Made by a program: the position numbers and the translations under genes. Positions 19,301 through 26,777 of a DNA stretch of 54,676 nucleotides are shown piece after piece (within the stretch, counting starts at the first letter, position 1; each line of letters starts with the position of its first letter). The notes below the pieces were generated by a model that saw nothing but the letters and a program-made list of their open reading frames with translations, ran no database searches and had not been told where the DNA came from. Source of the stretch: an uncultured Planctomycetales bacterium (GTDB lineage Bacteria; Omnitrophota; Gorgyraeia; Gygaellales; Profunditerraquicolaceae); NCBI GenBank assembly GCA_964582765.1, contig CAZOSW010000004.1:1-54676 (forward strand), in the 5' to 3' direction.

Positions 19301-19606
19301 AAAGGAATTGAGTCGAACTTTATCAAGAAATTACACGAAGGCAGGCCCAATATTGCGGATTCTATTAAGAATAGAGAAATACACTTGATTATTAATACTC
19401 CTATTGGACGCACAAGTGTTTATGATGATAGCTACATACGCATGCTTGCTATCCAATATAAAATTCCCTACGTAACAACAATGGCTGCTGCCCGGGCAAC
19501 TGTGGATGGGATAGAATCAGTAAAGAACAGGCAGGGTGAGCCGAAATCTTTACAGGAATATCATCGTATGCTAGTGGAAAAGGAACCGCAGGGAGTGTCT
19601 GCTTAG
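16373..19606 (+). CDS. carB: Carbamoyl-phosphate synthase large subunit
   Basis: 1077 aa. [33 protein letters not shown], duplicated ATP-grasp halves and a C-terminal MGS-like domain. Confidence 0.97.
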   Translation: [1077 protein letters not shown]

Positions 19607-19623
19607 CCAATGAGGAGGTGCAT

Positions 19624-20592
19624 ATGCCAGAAGTAAAAGAAATTACAGCGGGCTCCATGAACACAGAAGAATTTATCCATAATAAGGTAGCAGAAATTCG
19701 CCAGATTGTCGGTAGCGGAGTTGTGATTAATGCGCTTTCCGGAGGAGTGGATTCTTCTGCTGTCACAATGCTTGGGCATAAAGCGCTGGAAGATAGGCTA
19801 AAGACTTATTTTATTGACAATGGGATTATGCGTCAAGGCGAGCCGCAGCAGATAGTTTCGGTGTTTGAAAAACTGGGAGTCAAAGTGGAAATAATTGATG
19901 CAAGGGCAGAGTTTCTTAATGCCTTAAAAGGTATTACGGATCCCGAAGAAAAGAGGGAGGCAATTACCCAGGCATTTTATAAGAAAGTTTTTGGCAATCT
20001 GGTAAAGAAAAGCGGTGCAAAGTATTTGTTACAGGGGACAATTCTTACGGATATTGACGAGACAGTTGCCGGCATTAAGCGTCAGCATAATGTCTTTGAA
20101 CAATTAGGTATTGATCCGCAGGAGGCATTCGGATACAAAATTATTGAGCCGCTTGTGCAGTTAAGGAAAGACGGGGTACGTAAGGTCGCCCTTGCTTTGG
20201 GATTACCTTCTTCTATTTATAACCGGATGCCTTTTCCCGGACCTGCGCTTGCTGCGCGCATCATCGGAGAAGCTACGCAAGAGAGGATTTCTCTGGTGCG
20301 TAAGGCAACCTTTATATTAGAGCAGGAGCTAGAATCAGTTAAAGCTTTTCAGTATATGGCAATACTGCATAATGACCGCGTTACCGGTATGCGCGACAAT
20401 AAAAGAGAATTTGGCCAGCAGATTGAAATTCGCTGCTGGGATAGTATTGATGCGCGTAAGGCGCATCCTACTCAGATTTCCTTTGGCGCATTGGAGAAAT
20501 TAGCAAATCGCCTAGTTAGAGAGGTGCCGGGTGTAGTCAGTGTTACTTATAACATTGCTTCCAAACCGCCTTCAACCATGGAAGCGGTATAG
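19624..20592 (+). CDS. guaA: GMP synthase ATP-pyrophosphatase subunit (stand-alone, no GATase domain)
   Basis: PP-loop ALSGGVDSS, FPGPALAARIIGE and a C-terminal dimerisation domain ending in SKPPSTMEAV. The start was chosen at the ATG 7 nt after AGGAGG. Confidence 0.85.
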   Translation: MPEVKEITAGSMNTEEFIHNKVAEIRQIVGSGVVINALSGGVDSSAVTMLGHKALEDRLKTYFIDNGIMRQGEPQQIVSVFEKLGVKVEIIDARAEFLNALKGITDPEEKREAITQAFYKKVFGNLVKKSGAKYLLQGTILTDIDETVAGIKRQHNVFEQLGIDPQEAFGYKIIEPLVQLRKDGVRKVALALGLPSSIYNRMPFPGPALAARIIGEATQERISLVRKATFILEQELESVKAFQYMAILHNDRVTGMRDNKREFGQQIEIRCWDSIDARKAHPTQISFGALEKLANRLVREVPGVVSVTYNIASKPPSTMEAV

Positions 20593-20796
20593 ATAATATA
20601 CAAAGAAGCGATATAGTTGTTTTTGGCAAAAATAGGATTACTTGTCTTCTGTGCTAAAAGTTATTAGATAAGAGCGGCGAGAAAATGCGGCCGTTCTCTT
20701 TCTAATAGCTGGCAAAATGCCTGAGGCAATAATATTTTGTTTTAGTAAATACATTAGCTTATTTATCTTAGAAAGGTAGATAAGCTAATTTATTTA

Positions 20797-20824
20797 TTGA
20801 CAAGAATCTGCAGTATGATAAAAT
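20797..20824 (+). promoter_or_regulatory. Sigma70-like promoter of the ars cluster (TTGACA, 16 nt, extended -10 TGATAAAAT)
   Basis: TTGACA at 20797-20802, TG at 20816-20817 and TAAAAT at 20819-20824. Confidence 0.55.
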
Positions 20825-20848
20825 AGTTATGAACATATGTTCATAACT
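20825..20848. promoter_or_regulatory. Perfect 24-bp palindromic operator AGTTATGAACAT|ATGTTCATAACT at the predicted TSS
   Basis: The sequence is self-complementary over all 24 nt. It lies between the -10 element and the SD (AAAGGA) of the DUF134 gene. Confidence 0.65.
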
Positions 20849-20862
20849 AAAGGATTGATTTT

Positions 20863-21168
20863 ATGCGGCCTAAAAAGACCAGATGGGTTAAATGTGTTCC
20901 GGGGGAGCGATGTTTTAAGCCTTTGTGTAAGCCGATGAATAGATTGGAGAGTGTTTATTTGAGCCTGGATGAATTTGAGGCGGTGCGTCTTGCCTTTCTT
21001 GAAAAGTTAAAACAGTTTGACGCCGCAAAGCTGATGAAGATATCGCGGCCAACTTTCTCGCGGATTTTGACTTCAGCCCAAGAAAAGATAGCTGATGGTT
21101 TAGTTAATATTAAAGCTATACGGATTGAAGGCGGCTGCTGTAAGGTTGGCCGAAGGAGCAAGAAATGA
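20863..21168 (+). CDS. DUF134 (UPF0251) family putative DNA-binding protein
   Basis: RPKKTRWVKCVPGERCFKP...LSLDEFEAVRLAFLE...ISRPTFSRILTSAQEKIADGLVNIKAIRIEGG matches the DUF134 HTH pattern. Confidence 0.8.
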   Translation: MRPKKTRWVKCVPGERCFKPLCKPMNRLESVYLSLDEFEAVRLAFLEKLKQFDAAKLMKISRPTFSRILTSAQEKIADGLVNIKAIRIEGGCCKVGRRSKK

Positions 21169-22337
21169 AAGAGTGGAAGAAATTCTTCTATATTGTAGCG
21201 GCATTTTTGGCGTGTTTTTATCTGCCGATAGAAAATCTACGATTTAGTAACGCAATTTTCGAAGCCTTAGCGCTTGTCAAGTGGTATGCCAGGGAGCATG
21301 TGTTGTTATGCCTTGTTCCGGCCTTCTTTATCGCCGGAGCTATTTCTGTCTTTGTTAGCCAGGCATCGGTGATGAGGTATTTTGGCGCTAAGGCAAATAA
21401 GTTTCTTTCTTACAGCGTTGCTTCGGTTTCAGGGGCTATTCTTGCTGTATGTTCCTGCACGGTTTTACCTCTATTCTCGGGTATTTACAAACGAGGGGCC
21501 GGTTTAGGGCCTGCAATTGCTTTTCTTTATTCCGGGCCAGCAATAAATGTTCTTGCGATTATTTTTACCGCCCGCATACTTGGTTGGCAATTTGGACTGG
21601 CTCGTGCGATCGGAGCGGTAATATTTAGCGTGGTTATCGGTTTATTAATGCATTTAATTTTCTTAAAAGAGGAGCGTGCTCGCCAGGCAAATGGTGATTT
21701 TAATCTGGGAGAAATTAAAGAAATACATTCTTTAGGCCAGACGGTTCTTTATTTTGCTTCAATGATTTTATTCCTTGTGTTTGCGAATTGGGGTAAGCCG
21801 CTTGCAGGGGATCACGGTATGTGGTTTTTGATATACAAATATAAATGGTGGATAGCTGTTTTTTCACTTATCAGCTTGGTTTTTATGGTCATTAAATGGT
21901 TTAAAAAAGCGGAATTAAGGAAATGGATTTTAGCGACATGGGGATTTTCTTTACAAATATTACCGCTTCTTTTAGGGGGGGTTTTGGTTTCGGGGTTCTT
22001 ATTGGGCAGGGTTGGAAATGAAGGTATTATTTCTTCGAGGTTTGTAGAGGGCTTAGTCGGTGGGAATTCCCTGCGTGCAAACTTTTTTTCCTCCATTGTA
22101 GCGGCCTTTATGTATTTTGCCACACTAACTGAAGTGCCTATTTTACAGGGACTTATTGGCTCAGGTATGGGTAAAGGCCCGGCGCTAGCACTTCTTTTAG
22201 CAGGCCCGGCGCTAAGCTTGCCAAGTATGTTTGTTGTTCGTAGTATTATGGGAACCAAAAAAACGATTGTATATGTGGGCTTGGTTGTAGTCATGGCTAC
22301 CATAAGCGGAATGATTTTCGGATTTATTGTTAAATAA
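21165..22337 (+). CDS. Permease, DUF318/ArsP-like (putative organoarsenical or thiol-linked permease)
   Basis: Polytopic membrane protein with CSCTVLPLFSGIYKRGAGLGPAIAFLYSGPAINVLAI, typical of the COG0701/ArsP permease family. ATGA overlap with the DUF134 gene. Confidence 0.75.
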   Translation: MKEWKKFFYIVAAFLACFYLPIENLRFSNAIFEALALVKWYAREHVLLCLVPAFFIAGAISVFVSQASVMRYFGAKANKFLSYSVASVSGAILAVCSCTVLPLFSGIYKRGAGLGPAIAFLYSGPAINVLAIIFTARILGWQFGLARAIGAVIFSVVIGLLMHLIFLKEERARQANGDFNLGEIKEIHSLGQTVLYFASMILFLVFANWGKPLAGDHGMWFLIYKYKWWIAVFSLISLVFMVIKWFKKAELRKWILATWGFSLQILPLLLGGVLVSGFLLGRVGNEGIISSRFVEGLVGGNSLRANFFSSIVAAFMYFATLTEVPILQGLIGSGMGKGPALALLLAGPALSLPSMFVVRSIMGTKKTIVYVGLVVVMATISGMIFGFIVK

Positions 22338-23146
22338 TGGAGCAAGGCATGGATAGAAGAATTGAGGATATAAAACAACTTGTTAGAGAAGGTTACGCTA
22401 AAGTCGTAAGACAGAGAACTTCTTGTTGTTCAACGAACTCTTGTTGTGGAAGTACAAATCAAGCGCAGGATACAAGCAAAGCAATCGGCTATAGTGATTT
22501 GGAAATAGGCGCTGTGCCTGAAGGCGCTAATTTGGGCCTTGGTTGTGGTAATCTGGTTGCAATTGCTTTGTTAAAAGAAGGTGATATTGTTCTTGATCTT
22601 GGAAGCGGTGCGGGGTTTGATGTTTTTCTTGCCTCGCCGCGCGTAGGAAAGACCGGTCGGGTTATCGGCATTGATATGACGCCTGAGATAGTCGAGCGCG
22701 CCCGCGCAAATGCCAAAAAAGGTAATTATGGAAATGTGGAGTTTAGGTTAGGTGAAATAGAAAAACTGCCGGTTAGAGATAATTTTGCCGATGTAATAAT
22801 TTCGAATTGCGTAATTAATCTTTCGCCCGACAAAGAAGCTGTTTTTAAAGAGTCTTTCCGGGTTCTTAAGCCCGGAGGTAGATTGATGGTTTCAGATTTG
22901 GTGCTTGTTAATGAATTGTCTGATTCTATCAAAGGTTCAGTTGAGGCGTATGTAGGATGTCTTGCCGGAGCACTCAGGAAAGATAAGTATCTACAATTTA
23001 TAACTCAGGCCGGATTCCAGGATGTAAAAGTGATTAGTTTGTCGAATTATCCTCTAGATGCTATGTTTGATATCTTTAAGGATGCTGAGGGTGCGGTAGC
23101 CAGTATAAAAGTTTCTGCGTTAAAGAAAAAATTAAATGGAGCGTAA
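22337..23146 (+). CDS. arsM: Arsenite S-adenosylmethionine methyltransferase
   Basis: SAM motif VLDLGSGAGFDVF. Conserved Cys positions are present: an N-terminal CC..CC, ISNCVINLSPDK and YVGCLAGAL. Confidence 0.88.
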   Translation: MEQGMDRRIEDIKQLVREGYAKVVRQRTSCCSTNSCCGSTNQAQDTSKAIGYSDLEIGAVPEGANLGLGCGNLVAIALLKEGDIVLDLGSGAGFDVFLASPRVGKTGRVIGIDMTPEIVERARANAKKGNYGNVEFRLGEIEKLPVRDNFADVIISNCVINLSPDKEAVFKESFRVLKPGGRLMVSDLVLVNELSDSIKGSVEAYVGCLAGALRKDKYLQFITQAGFQDVKVISLSNYPLDAMFDIFKDAEGAVASIKVSALKKKLNGA

Positions 23147-23148
23147 AA

Positions 23149-23382
23149 ATGAAAATCGAGATTTTAGGAGTTGGTTGCCCTAAATGCAAACAGCTTACGG
23201 TTAATACCGAGGCAGCAGTAGAGGAGTTAAATATCCAAGCTGAGATCAGCCATGTCGGAGATATTGATAAAATTACTAATTATGGCGTTATGATTACGCC
23301 GGCATTAGCGCTTGACGGCAAGGTGGTTTCCTCCGGCAAGGTATTAAGCAAAGATGAAATTAAAAAGTTAATATTAAGCTAA
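23149..23382 (+). CDS. Thioredoxin-like redox-active disulfide protein (TM0996/MTH895 type)
   Basis: 77 aa with MKIEILGVGCPKCKQL. This is a usual neighbour of DUF318 permeases. Confidence 0.8.
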   Translation: MKIEILGVGCPKCKQLTVNTEAAVEELNIQAEISHVGDIDKITNYGVMITPALALDGKVVSSGKVLSKDEIKKLILS

Positions 23383-23392
23383 GGAGATTTGC

Positions 23393-23806
23393 ATGTATAA
23401 AAAAGGATTATTGATCTTATGCATTCTTAGTTTCCCTATAGCTTCTCTTGCCGCAGATAAGCCGTCAGGTGGTAAGGTTATAGCCTATTATTTCTACGGA
23501 AACTTCCGTTGTGCTACTTGCTATAAGTTTGAACAGTATTCTAAAGGGGCGATGGAGGAAAACTTTAAGCATAAACTGGCTTCGGGGAGATTGGTCTTTA
23601 ACGCAATTAACACCGATGAGGCAGTGAATAAGCATTTTATAAATGATTATCAGCTTTATACAAAATCGCTTGTCATATCTTTAATTAAGGATGGTAAAGA
23701 GGTGGAATCAAAGAATCTGGTTAAAATATGGGATTATGTGGGGGATAAACAGAGATTCTACGACTATGTTACAGAAGAAATAAAGAATTTCCTGAAGGAG
23801 TCCTGA
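23393..23806 (+). CDS. Secreted CxxC thioredoxin-fold protein, ArsF-family-like
   Basis: Signal peptide followed by YFYGNFRCATCYKFE. Its size and its pairing with a CcdA-like membrane protein match the family RefSeq calls ArsF (recalled from memory). Confidence 0.55.
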   Translation: MYKKGLLILCILSFPIASLAADKPSGGKVIAYYFYGNFRCATCYKFEQYSKGAMEENFKHKLASGRLVFNAINTDEAVNKHFINDYQLYTKSLVISLIKDGKEVESKNLVKIWDYVGDKQRFYDYVTEEIKNFLKES

Positions 23807-24495
23807 TGGATGGGGTTTTAGTAGGTTTTGTATCGGCATTATGGCTTGGGATTTTGACTTCTATCAGTCCGTGCCCGTTGGCGACTAATGTGGCTACGGT
23901 ATCTTTTTTGTCAAAACGCATTAAGCATCCTTTTTTTGTGCTTATTTCAGGTATTGCCTATACGCTTGGTAGGATGTTTGCATACGCTATCTTAGGCCTC
24001 CTACTCATTCATTCAATTCTTGCCGTTCCTCAGGCCGCCCAGTTTTTACAAAAATATATGACTAAGGCGTTGGGCCCGATTTTGATAATAACCGGATTAA
24101 TATTACTTGAAGTGATTGTTTTGCGCATCCCCGGATTTTCTCTTTCGCAAAAGCATCGCAATAAGCTTGTTGAATCCGGAGTTTTCGGCGCTTTTGCCCT
24201 TGGGTTTATTTTTGCTCTCGCGTTTTGCCCTGTATCCGCAGCGCTATTTTTCGGTAGCCTTATCCCGCTTGCCCTTAAAACACCTTTAGGTAGCTTTCTT
24301 CCGTTTATCTACGGTGTAGGTACAGGTCTTCCGGTTATGGTATTTGCAGTTGCGATTTCACTGGGGGTAGCAACACTTAACCATTGGTTTAACAGTTTTA
24401 CTAGGGTTGAATATTTTATGCGCAAAGCTACCGGAGTTATTTTTATACTTGTAGGAATTTATTATTTCGGCGCCTATATCTTGGGAATCTTTTAA
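23806..24495 (+). CDS. CcdA/DsbD-like thiol-disulfide transmembrane protein, ArsG-family-like
   Basis: Six TM segments with the two hallmark membrane cysteines (ISPCPLATN and AFCPVSAALF). TGATG overlap with the upstream gene. Confidence 0.65.
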   Translation: MDGVLVGFVSALWLGILTSISPCPLATNVATVSFLSKRIKHPFFVLISGIAYTLGRMFAYAILGLLLIHSILAVPQAAQFLQKYMTKALGPILIITGLILLEVIVLRIPGFSLSQKHRNKLVESGVFGAFALGFIFALAFCPVSAALFFGSLIPLALKTPLGSFLPFIYGVGTGLPVMVFAVAISLGVATLNHWFNSFTRVEYFMRKATGVIFILVGIYYFGAYILGIF

Positions 24496-24592
24496 AGGTA
24501 GTCCTTTGTCAAACGATTATAATTCGTTAAAAACAATAAAATCATACAATAGATGGCAGGAGTATTAGAAGTTTAATAAAAAAGGAGAATTA

Positions 24593-25672
24593 ATGGAACA
24601 TGTTCTCCGTGGGGAGCGGCGCTTAAGTTTTTTTGAAAAACATCTTACCGGATGGGTCATACTTTGTATCGGGGCAGGGATAGTCCTTGGCAAATTATTT
24701 CCTCAGTTAACGGTTACGCTTGACCGGTTTTCAATATATCAGGTGTCCATTCCTATTGCGGTATGCCTTTTCTTTATGATGTATCCTATCATGGTCAAGA
24801 TCGATTTTGCTGAGGTTATCAAAGCGGGCAAAACCCCTAAACCGGTGGTTCTTACCTTGTTTGTGAATTGGTGTATCAAGCCGTTTACTATGTTTGCTAT
24901 AGCAACGCTATTCCTCGGGTTTTTATTTAAAGGATGGCTTCCGGGAGTAGAGATTGTAAAAGGCGGGGTGCAGGTTGAGTTGTTCAGGTCTTATATTGCA
25001 GGGTGTATATTGCTTGGTATAGCGCCTTGCACAGCGATGGTTTTAATCTGGGGGCATCTTGCTAAGGGTAATGACGGCCATACGCTGGTCATGGTTGCTA
25101 TTAATTCACTTGCCATGTTTTTTCTTTACGCGCCTCTTGGCGGATGGCTATTAGGTGTGAATAAAATGCTTATTCCCTGGCAGACAATTGTGTTATCAGT
25201 GCTGATTTATGTCGGTCTGCCGTTATTTTTAGGGTACTACTCAAGAAAACAGCTGATTGTTAAGAAAGGACTTAAGTGGTTTGAGGAAAAATTCCTGTAT
25301 TATCTAACTCCGGTTTCAATATGCGCACTGCTACTTACACTTGTACTACTGTTTTCATTTAAAGGCGAGCTTATTATAAACCAACCCCAGATTATTCTTC
25401 TGATTGCGATTCCGCTTTTCATTCAGACATGCTTGATTTTCGCAATTTCCTATGGATTAGCAAAGTGGTTAAAGTTGCCTTATCGTGATGCAGCACCGTC
25501 AGCATTAGTCGGGGCGAGTAATCATTTTGAAGTGGCTATTGCCACATCAGCAATTCTTTTCGGGTTATCTTCAGGGGCATCATTGGCCACAGTTGTCGGC
25601 GTCCTTATCGAAGTTCCCGTTATGCTTATACTGGTTAGAATCTGCCTAAGGACAAAGGATTGGTTTAATTAG
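24593..25672 (+). CDS. acr3: Arsenite efflux transporter ACR3
   Basis: [23 protein letters not shown] and ten TM segments fit the ACR3 (BART superfamily) pattern. AAGGAG SD. Confidence 0.9.
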   Translation: MEHVLRGERRLSFFEKHLTGWVILCIGAGIVLGKLFPQLTVTLDRFSIYQVSIPIAVCLFFMMYPIMVKIDFAEVIKAGKTPKPVVLTLFVNWCIKPFTMFAIATLFLGFLFKGWLPGVEIVKGGVQVELFRSYIAGCILLGIAPCTAMVLIWGHLAKGNDGHTLVMVAINSLAMFFLYAPLGGWLLGVNKMLIPWQTIVLSVLIYVGLPLFLGYYSRKQLIVKKGLKWFEEKFLYYLTPVSICALLLTLVLLFSFKGELIINQPQIILLIAIPLFIQTCLIFAISYGLAKWLKLPYRDAAPSALVGASNHFEVAIATSAILFGLSSGASLATVVGVLIEVPVMLILVRICLRTKDWFN

Positions 25673-25690
25673 AGTAGAAAGGAGCGGGCA

Positions 25691-26091
25691 ATGCATCATG
25701 TTGATATAACTAATACGAGAAGCTATTCTTTCAATGTTAGATCAAATGATTATGAATTTATTGTTGATGTAGAAGGCAAAGGGATTACGCCTACGGATAC
25801 ATTGCTTGCCAGTCTCGGTACTTGTATAGGAATATATTTACGTAAATATACAGAAGGAGTAAAATTATCACTTTCGGAGTTTAGTATAAGCGTTGATGGG
25901 GAACTCTCTAAAGAGGAGCCGATTTGTTTTAGAAAGATAGACGTAAATGTCGATTTAAAGGGAACACAGTTTGATGAACGCAGGCGCAGGCCCTGCATGA
26001 ATTTGTAAAAAATTGCCCCGTGCACAATACCATAAAAAACAACCCTAAGGTAGAAATCAAAATAGAATATCTTGATATGGTAAAGCATTAG
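25691..26091 (+). pseudogene. OsmC/Ohr-family peroxiredoxin-like gene interrupted by a frameshift
   Basis: Frame 1 gives TPTDTLLASLGTCIGIYL (first Cys motif) and stops at 26008. A second frame from about 25978 continues as QAQALHEFVKNCPVHNTIKNNPKVEIKIEYL (second Cys motif, CPV) and stops at 26089-26091. The shift lies in or next to the tandem CGCAGGCGCAGG at 25979-25990. Confidence 0.7.
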
Positions 26092-26128
26092 ATATATAAT
26101 TTTTCTATTATATAGGAGGGTTCTGGAA

Positions 26129-26743
26129 ATGGTTAGTTTACAACAGCTTCCGCAGCAATTCCGCGCTGTTAAAGATGACGATGAAGATTTTATTTGGATC
26201 GGTGAGCCCGCATTTTTCCCTTTCGTTTGCACGGGAATTCCTTTCTTAATACTTGGTTTATTATGGGGTGCGTTTGATTATTTTGGTTTTATAGTACACA
26301 TAAAAAGAGCTCAGGCGGGCTTTATGATACCGTTTTTTGCCTTGCATCTTTTCCCGTTATGGGGAAGCATTCTTAATAGCCTGCGGCTAATTTTAGTGCA
26401 CAAAAACACTTTTTACGCTATTACTAATAAGCGCGTAATGATGAGGAGCGGATTTTGGGGGATTGATTTTAACGCGATTGATTTTGATAAAATATCCGAT
26501 ATCCAAGTTACGGTTAATCCATTGGAGAATATGCTTGGAGTCGGGACATTACGTTTTTCAGCAGGCAAGGTTAGCAGTAAGGGTAACCCCCTGACAGAAG
26601 ATTTTATTGCAATACCCAACCCTTATGACGTTTTTAAAAAAGTCAAAACTGTTAGCGTGGATGTAAAGACTGACTGGAATTATCCCAATAAATTAAGGCC
26701 CGGAGATAACCCGGGCTATAAGACAAAATACGATCCTAAGTAA
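26129..26743 (+). CDS. Membrane-flanked bacterial PH domain protein (bPH_2/YdbS-like)
   Basis: Two TM segments followed by FYAITNKRVMMRSGFWGIDFNAIDFDKISDIQV...GVGTLRF. AGGAGG SD. Confidence 0.65.
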   Translation: MVSLQQLPQQFRAVKDDDEDFIWIGEPAFFPFVCTGIPFLILGLLWGAFDYFGFIVHIKRAQAGFMIPFFALHLFPLWGSILNSLRLILVHKNTFYAITNKRVMMRSGFWGIDFNAIDFDKISDIQVTVNPLENMLGVGTLRFSAGKVSSKGNPLTEDFIAIPNPYDVFKKVKTVSVDVKTDWNYPNKLRPGDNPGYKTKYDPK

Positions 26744-26777
26744 TAAGAGTTCTTATGATCGTGCGAATGGAGTAAGG

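Noticed and set aside
21812-22378. Long minus-strand ORFs: 188 aa here, plus 18862-19413, 34761-35231, 5824-6282, 25750-26232, 15055-15447 and 31968-32384.
   Set aside because: Each lies entirely antisense to a + strand gene with strong family motifs (permease, carB, RND, DUF1446, OsmC, rubrerythrin, MacB). They have low-complexity, Ser/Ile/Pro-rich translations and no SD. They are shadow ORFs.
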